Origin: an uncultured Spirochaetales bacterium
GTDB lineage: Bacteria; Spirochaetota; Spirochaetia; DAHUYW01
Assembly: GCA_964506755.1 (NCBI GenBank)
Contig: CAZDMH010000006.1
Location: forward strand, 31,521-95,520
Direction: 5' to 3'
Length of the DNA stretch: 64,000 nucleotides
Both the position numbers and the translations under genes were made by a program. This document shows positions 55,732-64,000 of this stretch, one piece after another (the first letter of the stretch is position 1; every line of letters starts with the position of its first letter). The notes below the pieces were generated by a model. That model saw nothing but the letters and a program-made list of their open reading frames with translations. It had not been told where the DNA came from and searched no databases.

Positions 55732-56952
55732 ATGTCAAGAAAGTACGTGATTCTCGTGGCGGTACTCGCCTTCGTATCGGCGACATTCGCCGTGGCATCC
55801 GGGACCAGCGAAAAGACGACAAAAGCCCCAATCACGATCGGCGCGTCGCTTTCTCTGTCCGGAGATTTCTCCTCTGACGGACTGGGGTTCAAACAGGGGT
55901 ACACCCTTTGGGCCGATTACGTGAACTCTCATGGTGGGTTGCTGGGGCGACAGGTCAAGCTCGACATCGTATCCGACGCGAGCAGTCCCGATCAGGTTCA
56001 GACGAACTACCAGAAGCTGATTACCGTCGACAAGGTCGATATCGTCTTTGGTCCGTTCTCGTCGCTGCTCACGAAACCGGCTTCGGTCGTCGCAAACCGC
56101 TACGGCTATGCAATGGTCGAGGGCGCCGGCGGCGGTCCGTCGGTCTTTACTCGGGGTCTCAAGAATGTATTCGACGTGGCTCTTCCTGTCGTCAACGACC
56201 TCGACAGCTACACGAAGTACATCCTCTCCCTACCTGCAAGTGAGCGCCCCAAGACTGCGGCCTATGCAACCGAGGACGATCCATTCACACAACCCCAGAT
56301 CGAACGGGCTCGCAAGCTCCTGGAAGCGGGCGGAGTGAAGACCGTATCGTTCCAGGTCTACCCGTCTGAGACCACCGACTACAATCCGATTGCCGACAAG
56401 ATAATCGCCTCGAAAGCACAGGTAGTCGTGGCCGGCACCTTGCTTCCGGACATCAGCGCTTTCATTCAGCGGTTCATGCAGCAGCACTACAACCCCGAAA
56501 GCGTCGTCGCTACGGCCGGGCCGGACCTCGGCAGCCAGTTCACGAAGGCCGTCGGCGGCTCCGGAAACGCGGAAGGCGTGATGGTCCCGAACGCTTGGTA
56601 CGCCTCACTCGATGCCCCGGGAAATGCTCAGTTCGTCAAAGACTTCATAGCGAAATACGGCGGATCTCCATCCGATATCAATGCTGATGCGGCCGAGGCC
56701 TATTCGGTCGGACAGGTGGTGCAGCAGGCAGTCGAGAAGATCGGAAGTCTCGATAACGCCAAGCTCATCAAAGAGCTTCACTCGGGAGATACCTTCAAGA
56801 GCATCGAGGGCCCTGTCAGGTTCGACGGCCAAGGAAGGAATACCGCCATAAGCGCCTATGTCTTCCAGTGGCAGAACGGCAAATACCTTCCGGTGTATCC
56901 GCAGTCAGTCGCGAAAGCCAAGCCAGAGTTTCCGAAACCGAATTGGCAATAG
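55732..56952 (+). CDS. branched-chain amino acid ABC transporter substrate-binding protein (LivK/LivJ family)
   Basis: 406 aa with a signal peptide and a periplasmic binding protein type I fold (…ITIGASLSLSGDFSSDG…). Confidence 0.85.
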   Translation: MSRKYVILVAVLAFVSATFAVASGTSEKTTKAPITIGASLSLSGDFSSDGLGFKQGYTLWADYVNSHGGLLGRQVKLDIVSDASSPDQVQTNYQKLITVDKVDIVFGPFSSLLTKPASVVANRYGYAMVEGAGGGPSVFTRGLKNVFDVALPVVNDLDSYTKYILSLPASERPKTAAYATEDDPFTQPQIERARKLLEAGGVKTVSFQVYPSETTDYNPIADKIIASKAQVVVAGTLLPDISAFIQRFMQQHYNPESVVATAGPDLGSQFTKAVGGSGNAEGVMVPNAWYASLDAPGNAQFVKDFIAKYGGSPSDINADAAEAYSVGQVVQQAVEKIGSLDNAKLIKELHSGDTFKSIEGPVRFDGQGRNTAISAYVFQWQNGKYLPVYPQSVAKAKPEFPKPNWQ

Positions 56953-57069
56953 GCGATAGACAACAAGACGCAAGGGGGCGGCGATGGTCGCCCCCTTCAT
57001 CAATCGGCCACTACACATAAACTCGGCGGGTAGGGTGTCGCCCACGGCCGAAAAGACGGAGTTCAATAG

Positions 57070-57945
57070 ATGACACTGATACTGGATGCGATCATAACGG
57101 GATTGCTGTCCGGCTCGATTTATGCCCTGATGGCCTCGGGATTGACGTTGATCTTCGGCGTCATGGACATCATCAACGTCGGTCAGGGGGCCCTCGTAAT
57201 TCTCGGGGCCTACATGAGCTTCTTCCTCCAGCAGCAGTTCCATATCGATTTATTCGTCGGCCTGCTCATCACCATGCCGGCAATGTTCTTGCTGGGTCTG
57301 GGATTGGAGGTCGCATTCATACGGCCAATCAAACGCAATCGTACTACACTTTCCATTCTCATCACCTTCGCGATCTCTCTCATTATCGAGGGGGTGCTGT
57401 CACTTCTCTTCACGACGAACCTGGTGCAGATGCATGCATGGTACGTCGACACCTCGCTCAGGATTGGAAAGTTCTACCTGGCGTGGGTCTATCTGTTCGA
57501 TTTCGGCTTGAGCGTTGTTCTTCTCGGCGGGCTCTATTTCATTCTGTATCGAACGAAGTTCGGGTTCGGACTGAGGGCATCCATGCAGAATCGCACGGCT
57601 GCACAGCTGATCGGCATAAACGTCGAGCGAGTCTCGGCAATCACCTTCGGAATCGGCGTTTCACTTGCAGCCGCCGGGGGAATGGCATATGGAGCCACGA
57701 CCACCTTCAATCCCAACAGCCTCTATGACCTCATCTCCCGCCTCCTCGTGATCATCATACTCGGCGGCATGGGAAGCCTGCGTGGGGCGTTGATCGCGGC
57801 CCTCGGGATGCTGGTCATCGAAGACGTTACCTCGGTGGTTTGGTCGCCCGTTTGGGCAAACACCGTGTTCTTCATGCTTCTCGTGGTCGTTCTCGTACTG
57901 AGGCCGCAGGGACTGTTCGGGCAGCTGGAAGGGAGAAAACAATGA
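57070..57945 (+). CDS. livH: branched-chain amino acid ABC transporter permease
   Basis: 291 aa, 8 TM, LivH-type. Confidence 0.85.
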   Translation: MTLILDAIITGLLSGSIYALMASGLTLIFGVMDIINVGQGALVILGAYMSFFLQQQFHIDLFVGLLITMPAMFLLGLGLEVAFIRPIKRNRTTLSILITFAISLIIEGVLSLLFTTNLVQMHAWYVDTSLRIGKFYLAWVYLFDFGLSVVLLGGLYFILYRTKFGFGLRASMQNRTAAQLIGINVERVSAITFGIGVSLAAAGGMAYGATTTFNPNSLYDLISRLLVIIILGGMGSLRGALIAALGMLVIEDVTSVVWSPVWANTVFFMLLVVVLVLRPQGLFGQLEGRKQ

Positions 57946-58985
57946 GAACGATCAAACCTGTCGGGCTCATCGCCCTTCTCGTGATATCGATCGTCTTCCC
58001 GCTGATAATCAAGAGCCCTGCAGTCACCACGGTCGCCTTCTTTACGCTGATCTTTGCGGCCGCCGCAACGGCGTGGAACATCTTCTCGGGATACACCGGG
58101 TACATCGCTTTGGGTCATGCCGCCTACTTCGGGATCGGATCCTATGCAATGGCAATCATGTGCAAGGATTGGGGGCTGCAGGGCGGATATCTACCGTTTC
58201 TGCTCTTGCCCCTGGCCGGAGTAGCTGCGGGGATCTTCGCCGTCCCGATGGGATGGATTGCCCTCCGTACGCGAAAGCACACCTTTGTCGTCGTGACGAT
58301 AGCGATGTTCTTCATCATGCAGCTCATGGCCTTCAACCTTCGAGGGGTAACGAACGGCTCGGTCGGCATGACCCTGCCGATACCGACCAATTGGAGCGGT
58401 GTGTTCTTCAACATCCCGTTTTACTATGTAGCGCTACTTATCCTCCTCATTGCGTTGCTCCACTCCTGGTGGATCCGCCATTCGAAATACGGGCTCGGAC
58501 TGCTCGCGATACGCGACGACGAGGAACGAGCGCTCGGTTTAGGTGTCAATACCGGGCAGTTCAAGCTTTCCGCATTCGTAATCTCGGCGTTTTACGTCGG
58601 CATGATCGGGGCGCTGCACGCCTACTACATCGAGTCGCTCTATCCCGCCTTCGCTTTCGACCCACTGTTCGATCTCGTCGTAGCGTTGATGACGTTCCTC
58701 GGCGGACTCGGCACACTTGCGGGGCCGATTCTCGGCGCGATCATCCTCGAGCCGACCCAGCAGTACTTCACCATGCGATTCAGCCAGAACGGCTATTACT
58801 TGATCATCTACGGTGCCATGTTTCTGGCCATAATTCTCTTCCTCCCGGAAGGCATCCTGCCCACTCTCAGACGCCGACTGGCAAGAACCAACAGCGAGAG
58901 CAGCGGCCTACAAACGAACATACAGAAGGACGAAGAGGCTCCAGCAGCGGAGGCCACGATACATTCGGACGAGGTGAAGCGATGA
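57942..58985 (+). CDS. livM: branched-chain amino acid ABC transporter permease
   Basis: ATG at 57942 overlaps the livH stop (ATGA). LivM-type permease. The ORF frame opens at 57840. Confidence 0.85.
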   Translation: MRTIKPVGLIALLVISIVFPLIIKSPAVTTVAFFTLIFAAAATAWNIFSGYTGYIALGHAAYFGIGSYAMAIMCKDWGLQGGYLPFLLLPLAGVAAGIFAVPMGWIALRTRKHTFVVVTIAMFFIMQLMAFNLRGVTNGSVGMTLPIPTNWSGVFFNIPFYYVALLILLIALLHSWWIRHSKYGLGLLAIRDDEERALGLGVNTGQFKLSAFVISAFYVGMIGALHAYYIESLYPAFAFDPLFDLVVALMTFLGGLGTLAGPILGAIILEPTQQYFTMRFSQNGYYLIIYGAMFLAIILFLPEGILPTLRRRLARTNSESSGLQTNIQKDEEAPAAEATIHSDEVKR

Positions 58986-59713
58986 CACTTCTTGAGGCGA
59001 CAAACGTATCCAAGGCCTTTGGCGGGGTGCGGGCGTTGGATGCCTGTTCGATCACGGTAGAGAAGGGCAGCATGACCGGTCTCATCGGACCGAATGGATC
59101 CGGCAAGACGACTCTGTTCAACGTCATGACCGGCTACGAGACCGTTGACGCAGGAGAGGTTAGGTTCTCCGGAAGGCCCATCCAGAACAGCACTCCGGAT
59201 AGGGTCTTTGCACTCGGCATCGGCCGCACCTTTCAGTTGACTCGGATTTTCCCGCGGTTGACGGTTCTCGAGAACATGCACGTTGCCGTCCAACGGACCG
59301 GATTCAAGGCGCTCTTTGGAAGGTGGACCTCCTCAAAAGAGCATCAGAGGGCTCTGGATTTATTGGATTTCGTCGGGATCATCGGTTTGAAGGACCTCCC
59401 GGCCGGGAATCTCTCCTACGGCCAGAAGAAGCTCCTCGAGTTTGCCTACATTCTCATCGCGGAGCCGCAAGTCATCCTGCTCGACGAGCCGGCAGGGGGG
59501 GTAAATCCTACGATGATAAGCTATCTGTCGGACCGCATTCGCGATCTCAACAAGAAGGGCGTCACCTTCCTCATCGTGGAGCACAACATGGAATTCGTCA
59601 TGAGCATCTGCGAAAAGGTCACGGTAATGGACCACGGTTCCAAGATAGCAGAGGGCACCCCGGACGAGGTGCGTGACAATCCAAGCGTTCTCGAAGCCTA
59701 CCTAGGAGCCTGA
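58982..59713 (+). CDS. livG: branched-chain amino acid ABC transporter ATP-binding protein
   Basis: ATG at 58982 overlaps the livM stop. Walker A GPNGSGKTT, signature YGQKKLLE, Walker B ILLDEPAGGV. A long run-on ORF from 58073 in the same frame is not coding upstream of 58982. Confidence 0.9.
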   Translation: MTLLEATNVSKAFGGVRALDACSITVEKGSMTGLIGPNGSGKTTLFNVMTGYETVDAGEVRFSGRPIQNSTPDRVFALGIGRTFQLTRIFPRLTVLENMHVAVQRTGFKALFGRWTSSKEHQRALDLLDFVGIIGLKDLPAGNLSYGQKKLLEFAYILIAEPQVILLDEPAGGVNPTMISYLSDRIRDLNKKGVTFLIVEHNMEFVMSICEKVTVMDHGSKIAEGTPDEVRDNPSVLEAYLGA

Positions 59714-59715
59714 AG

Positions 59716-60438
59716 ATGTTGTTGAAATTGAACGAGGTTGTCGCAGGATACGACGGCAGTGACGTTTTGAAGGGAGTAAACATCGAGGTCGAGAAAGGTT
59801 CGATTACCTGCATCGTCGGTCCAAATGGGGCCGGAAAGTCAACCGTCCTGCGTGTTATCAGCGGATTGCTCAAACCTCGCAAGGGCGAAGTGACGTTCAA
59901 GGACCGCGGAATAGCCGGCTCGAATCCACGCCAGATTCTTTCGTTTGGAATTGCCCAGGTCCCTCAGAATCATAGCCTGTTCCCCGATATAAACGTTCGG
60001 GAGAATGTGAGGATGGGGGGATACATGGTGAGCGATTCCGCGCTCGTCGAGGAGCGACTTGCGAGAGTCGAAGAGCTTTTCCCTGTGGTGCGCGAGCGAG
60101 CGAAAGACAGGGCGGGCAGCCTTTCCGGCGGACAGCAGCGACTCGTCGAGTTTGCACGGTCGTTGATGCTCGATCCAGACCTCATTCTGCTCGATGAGCC
60201 GTCGATGGGGCTCGATCCCAAGACCCTCAAGCAGGTGTTCGAAACCGTAAAGATGATGCACAATACAGGACGTACGATCCTGCTCGTTGAACAGAACGTG
60301 CGGGCCGGTCTCGAGATCGCCACGCAAGGTATCGTCATGGAAAGCGGAAAGGTCCGTCTGGTGGGCACCCACCAAGAAATACTCGATAATCCGCAGATTG
60401 CGAACCTTTACCTGGGAGGTACGCTGTCTCGAAACTGA
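59716..60438 (+). CDS. livF: branched-chain amino acid ABC transporter ATP-binding protein
   Basis: Walker A GPNGAGKST, signature LSGGQQRL, Walker B ILLDEPSMGL. 240 aa. Confidence 0.9.
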   Translation: MLLKLNEVVAGYDGSDVLKGVNIEVEKGSITCIVGPNGAGKSTVLRVISGLLKPRKGEVTFKDRGIAGSNPRQILSFGIAQVPQNHSLFPDINVRENVRMGGYMVSDSALVEERLARVEELFPVVRERAKDRAGSLSGGQQRLVEFARSLMLDPDLILLDEPSMGLDPKTLKQVFETVKMMHNTGRTILLVEQNVRAGLEIATQGIVMESGKVRLVGTHQEILDNPQIANLYLGGTLSRN

Positions 60439-60484
60439 GATTCGATCGTGCCGCGCGACTGCGTAAGGGGAAGGTAGCGCTGCA

Positions 60485-62137
60485 ATGAGTCACGCAAGAG
60501 ATCATCTCGATTTGAGCGTCTATGGAATCGAAGGCGCCACCACGGTCTATCACAATCCCGGCTACGAGGAGCTATTTCGTCATGAGACCGCAGCCGGCCT
60601 GGATGGGTGCGAGCAGGGGGTGGTGACGAAGCTGGGCGCCGTCGCGGTCAGGACAGGAGTCTTCACCGGACGTTCACCCCGCGACAAGTACTTTGTGGTG
60701 GAGCCGAGCTCCGAGAAGAACGTCTGGTGGAAATCGTCGCCGGAGTCACCAAGTGACAACAGGCCGATGTCAAAGGAGCTCTGGTCTCGTCTCGAGATCT
60801 TGGCGGCTGAGGCGCTGTCCGGCAAGCCGTTGTACGTTGTCGACGGCTTCTGCGGGGCCAACCGCGATACGCGGATCAAGGTTAGGTTCATCCTAGAGGT
60901 TGCCTGGCAGGCTCATTTCGTAACGAACATGTTCATTCGACCGACACCGGAGGAGCTCGAGGACTTCGAGCCCGATTTCGTCACGCTGACCGCATCGAAG
61001 ACCAAGGTGGCAAACTGGCGCGAGGAGGGACTGCACAGCGAGGTGGCCGTCGCGTTTCACCTGGGCGCGAAGCGTTCCGTGATCATCGGAACATGGTACG
61101 GAGGGGAGATGAAAAAGGGCATCCTCACCGTCATGAACTACTACCTTCCCCTGCGGGGGATCGCCTCGATGCACTGTTCTGCAAACCTCGGCCGCGAGGG
61201 GGATACGGCCATCTTCTTCGGGCTTTCCGGTACCGGCAAGACGACGCTCTCGACCGATCCCGACCGGGCGCTGATAGGTGACGACGAGCACGGGTGGGAC
61301 GACGACGGGGTTTTCAACTTCGAAGGCGGCTGCTACGCGAAGGTCATACACCTCGACAGAAGGAAAGAGCCCGACATCTACCGGGCGATCCGGCGTGACG
61401 CGCTGCTGGAAAACGTCGTGGTCGATTCGGAGGGGGAGATCGATTTTGCAGACGTCTCGATTACCGAGAACACCCGAGTTTCATACCCCATCGACTTTAT
61501 CGAGAACATAGTGCGCCCGTTGTCCAGAGGCGGGCACGCTAGGAACGTCATATTCCTTACAGCAGATGCATTTGGGGTGCTGCCGCCGGTGGCCATTCTC
61601 ACCCCCGATCAGACGCAGTATCATTTCTTGAGCGGTTACACATCGAAGCTGGCAGGTACCGAGCGAGGGGTTCGCGAGCCCGAACCCACGTTTTCCTCCT
61701 GCTACGGAGGTGCATTTCTCTCTCTGCACCCGACAGTCTATGCGCGCGAATTGGTGCGGAAGATCGAGGCGCACGGAACGAGGGTCTATCTTGTCAACAC
61801 CGGATGGATCGGCGGCCCGTATGGGGTCGGGAAACGGATAGATATCGACGCCACTCGCTCGATCGTTCGCGCCATATTGAGCGGTGCGCTCGAAGAGCTC
61901 GGCGCAACTGAGCTGAATACTCTCCCCATCTTCAAACTCGCGATACCCCGGCATGTAAGCGGGGTCGAGGATCGGTTCCTCAATCCACGAAACGCCTGGA
62001 AGGACCCCGAAGACTGGGATCGAGCCGCTTCCGATCTTGCACGCCGCTTCATCGAGAACTTCCGGGCTTTCACCGATGTTGCGCTGGGTAGGAAGCTCCT
62101 CAACGCCGGACCGTCGCCCGCCGGAGATCTGAAGTGA
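60485..62137 (+). CDS. pckA: phosphoenolpyruvate carboxykinase (ATP)
   Basis: 550 aa. Kinase-1a [24 protein letters not shown] and the ATP-PEPCK-specific C-terminal blocks. Confidence 0.9.
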   Translation: MSHARDHLDLSVYGIEGATTVYHNPGYEELFRHETAAGLDGCEQGVVTKLGAVAVRTGVFTGRSPRDKYFVVEPSSEKNVWWKSSPESPSDNRPMSKELWSRLEILAAEALSGKPLYVVDGFCGANRDTRIKVRFILEVAWQAHFVTNMFIRPTPEELEDFEPDFVTLTASKTKVANWREEGLHSEVAVAFHLGAKRSVIIGTWYGGEMKKGILTVMNYYLPLRGIASMHCSANLGREGDTAIFFGLSGTGKTTLSTDPDRALIGDDEHGWDDDGVFNFEGGCYAKVIHLDRRKEPDIYRAIRRDALLENVVVDSEGEIDFADVSITENTRVSYPIDFIENIVRPLSRGGHARNVIFLTADAFGVLPPVAILTPDQTQYHFLSGYTSKLAGTERGVREPEPTFSSCYGGAFLSLHPTVYARELVRKIEAHGTRVYLVNTGWIGGPYGVGKRIDIDATRSIVRAILSGALEELGATELNTLPIFKLAIPRHVSGVEDRFLNPRNAWKDPEDWDRAASDLARRFIENFRAFTDVALGRKLLNAGPSPAGDLK

Positions 62138-62562
62138 GCGTCTGAAATTGGTCTCCACCATGAAACCGAGGACTACTCCGAGGACCATGGGCAGCGGTGA
62201 GAAACCAATGTAACGCATGAGGTAACCAATGCCCCCCATCACGAGAACCACCGCCGGTATGAAATGTGGAACAGCGAGACGTTTGCGCCACATCGAGAAG
62301 CGCGGCAACTTGATTCGTGTCCTGCCCTCGGCCTTCGGCCAGTCGGGCAGTCTGCTCTGGCGGAGCAGCTCGCTGACGGCGAAGAGACCAACCATAACAA
62401 GAATCGGACCAAAGCGTGAATCAGATTGACCGAGCCGAACGCGAAACGATTCACTCCCGAGATCGGGTTGTTCCCCACGGTGGCAATCATGAGACTGAGA
62501 ACGCCGGGAATGAGCCCTTTGATTAGAGAGCCTTCCGACAGGCTTGCGAGGCCGCCGATCAC
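62138..62562 (-). pseudogene. frameshifted remnant of a polytopic membrane (transporter-like) protein
   Basis: Two consecutive minus-strand frames (62562-62239 and ~62395-62138) each encode hydrophobic TM-like segments (…KGLIPGVLSLMIATVGNNPISG…; …HFIPAVVLVMGGIGYLMRYIGFSPLPMVLGVVLGFMVE…). Joining them needs a frame change near 62240-62395. No intact start/stop pair. Confidence 0.3.
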
Positions 62563-62589
62563 CCCGCTCGGCGAGATCGTCTGGACATG

Positions 62590-64000
62590 CTACGGCTCCG
62601 GTCGAGTCTCCCCGGCAGCCTGCACCGCTTGCTCGATTTCCGACAGCCGCAGGTCTTCGCGTTCCCTGCGATCGACGCGTTTGCGCTCGAATAGGTAGAA
62701 GGCGGCCGGAACGACGAAGAAGGTGAGGATAGCCGAGAAAAGGACTCCGCCGAGCATGACCTCTCCAAGCCTCTGTCCGAACTCCGAACCCTGACCTCGT
62801 GAGAAGATCAGCGGAAAGCTGATAACGAGGACGGTCACGGTCGTCATTACGATCGGACGGAAGCGCAGCCGGGCTGAATCGACGAGTGCGTCGAGGAACG
62901 GCATCTTTCCGAGGCGCACCACGACGAAGTCGAGGTAGAGGATCGCATTCTTCGCCGACAGGCCAATGAGCATCAGCATTCCCATGACGCCGAAAACGTC
63001 CAGGCCGCCGCCGAGGAGGAACACGAACCAGATTGCGCCAGTCAAGGCGAGGGGTACGGGAAGCAAGAGGTAGATAGGGTAGCGGAAGGAGTTGAACTGG
63101 GCCCCCATGACCAGGTATGCGAGAAGGACCGAAAGGCCGAAGACTTCAGGTCCGAGGATCGAGAGCTGCTTGGTGAGTGCCGCCAAGCCGAAGCGGCTGC
63201 CGTTGGAAAGCGTTACCCCGTTGCCGAGCAGCCCGGCGCGGGTCAACTCCCTACGGATTTGGCGCTGGAAAATCAGCACGGGCGGCGCACCACGTTCGAG
63301 GTTGAGAGAGTACTGCGCTGTGTAGAGACGATCATAGCGATGGAGCTCGCGCGGGGCCTCCACCGGGGAGAAGTGGCCGAGCTGACCGATGCGGAGATTG
63401 GTTTTCAGCTGAGAGGAATAGATGGGCAGGCTCAACAGCGACTGCTCCCCCGACAGATTCCTCGGATTCACCTCCACCATGATAGGATAGCTCTGTCCCC
63501 CCGACTGAACGTTTCCCGCTTGAGCGCCGTTTGCGTAGATGCGAAGGGTCTGCGCGAGATTGTTGGGGGTGATCCCGCTTCCCTTGAGACTCGACGGGTC
63601 GGGCTGGAAATCGTTTTCCAGGGTCGTTCTCGAGAGGCTGGATGTAACGTCGCCGACCCATTTGTTGTTCTGCATCAGCTCGAGGATCTTGTTGTTCTCC
63701 TTCATGAGGCGGTCGAAGTTCGGCGAGACCAGCGTAATCGTGGTCGAGGAACCCTCGCCCCTAAAACCGCCGCCCGCGCTGACGAAGGCTCTTGCCCCTG
63801 GATGAGCGCTGATGATCTTCCGAACTGCGCGGCGAAATCGGCCCACAAGAGCAAATACCCCGGGTCGACTGCCCCGCGGTGCGAGCTCGACCTGTATACG
63901 GGCGTTGTCGGCCTGGTTGGAACCGCCGAAAACTCCGCCTCCGCCGATCACCGTTTGAACGATTCGAACCGACGGCTGAAGCATGAGGTACTGCTCGACG
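62590..64000 (-). CDS. RND-family efflux transporter permease, C-terminal part (gene continues beyond window end)
   Basis: More than 464 aa in a frame that stays open to the window edge. AcrB/HAE-type periplasmic porter subdomains and C-terminal TM bundle (…PVPLALTGAIWFVFLLGGGLDVFGVMGMLMLIGLSAKNAIL…). Confidence 0.8.
   Translation of the reverse strand, partial: VEQYLMLQPSVRIVQTVIGGGGVFGGSNQADNARIQVELAPRGSRPGVFALVGRFRRAVRKIISAHPGARAFVSAGGGFRGEGSSTTITLVSPNFDRLMKENNKILELMQNNKWVGDVTSSLSRTTLENDFQPDPSSLKGSGITPNNLAQTLRIYANGAQAGNVQSGGQSYPIMVEVNPRNLSGEQSLLSLPIYSSQLKTNLRIGQLGHFSPVEAPRELHRYDRLYTAQYSLNLERGAPPVLIFQRQIRRELTRAGLLGNGVTLSNGSRFGLAALTKQLSILGPEVFGLSVLLAYLVMGAQFNSFRYPIYLLLPVPLALTGAIWFVFLLGGGLDVFGVMGMLMLIGLSAKNAILYLDFVVVRLGKMPFLDALVDSARLRFRPIVMTTVTVLVISFPLIFSRGQGSEFGQRLGEVMLGGVLFSAILTFFVVPAAFYLFERKRVDRREREDLRLSEIEQAVQAAGETRPEP

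Noticed and set aside
58073-58981. Long in-frame ORF upstream of livG (546 aa in total)
   Set aside because: It is antisense or out-of-frame relative to the livM coding sequence, with an Arg/His-rich translation. livG begins at the ATG at 58982, coupled to the livM stop.
61481-62137. 304-aa minus-strand ORF overlapping pckA
   Set aside because: The portion inside pckA is antisense to a strongly supported gene. Only the part upstream of 62138 may reflect a real remnant, and that is listed as a pseudogene candidate.
1-64000. Search for CRISPR arrays, tRNA/rRNA genes, integrases or transposases, and prophage or defence-island hallmarks
   Set aside because: I saw no short direct repeat-spacer arrays, no cloverleaf-like or rRNA-like segments, and no recombinase, transposase or phage structural genes. 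The only non-coding islands of note are the AT-rich promoter regions at 11358-11474, 19754-19989, 45369-45506 and 47467-47716.

Overview
This is a high-GC (~60%) bacterial chromosomal window with dense, mostly operonic coding on both strands. I found no rRNA, tRNA, CRISPR array, transposase or integrase by eye. Many products carry lipobox signal peptides (L-x-A-C), and this together with LVIVD, WD40, Ig-like, TRAP and ABC proteins and a small HBb-like histone-fold protein suggests a spirochaete-like or similar diderm; I hold that inference with low confidence.

Content by region:
- 23-1155: RidA-family deaminase, then a creatininase-family amidohydrolase.
- 1461-3284: a secreted lipoprotein with seven tandem Ig-like repeats and a fibronectin III domain.
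- 3548-4873: a DEAD-box RNA helicase, followed at 4812-5789 by a convergent sugar-phosphate isomerase (TIM barrel).
- 5994-6182: a 62-aa bacterial histone-fold (HBb/DUF1931-like) protein.
- 6223-8376: a SpoIID/LytB protein with N-terminal TPR.
- 8442-11357: an operon of DtxR-family regulator, NRAMP transporter (mntH) and tandem universal stress protein, with a DtxR-type palindromic operator in an AT-rich promoter.
- 11475-19753, minus strand: a three-gene operon of large exported multi-domain proteins. The first and third gene share a transglutaminase-like cysteine-protease core plus TPR module. The middle gene is a 14-repeat LVIVD beta-propeller lipoprotein. The third also carries WD40 repeats. 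This is my best candidate for an undescribed cell-envelope system.
- 19990-26088: a five-gene peptide/nickel-type ABC importer (Opp/Dpp-like).
- 26140-45368: a large carbohydrate/sugar-acid utilisation island. It holds two aldolases of the DapA (N-acetylneuraminate lyase) family, an IclR regulator, a TRAP transporter (DctPQM), an unknown 409-aa protein, a KdsB-type CMP-sugar cytidylyltransferase, a Gfo/Idh/MocA oxidoreductase, two TIM-barrel isomerases, a BNR sialidase-like hydrolase, a sugar ABC importer, a ROK regulator and a large SIS-domain (MurQ/GckR-like) protein. Embedded in it is an Fpg/Nei-family protein with Phe instead of the catalytic Pro2.
- 45564-47466: a CPBP intramembrane protease convergent with an M23 peptidase.
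- 47717-60438: GntR regulator, HIBADH-like dehydrogenase, 2-oxoacid dehydrogenase E1 alpha and beta, an embedded M24 creatinase-like protein, E2, aldehyde dehydrogenase and LivKHMGF. This reads as a probable branched-chain amino-acid catabolic supra-operon.
- 60485-62137: ATP-dependent PEP carboxykinase.
- 62138-62562: a frameshifted membrane-protein remnant.
- 62590-64000: the 3' part of an RND efflux permease, running off the window.
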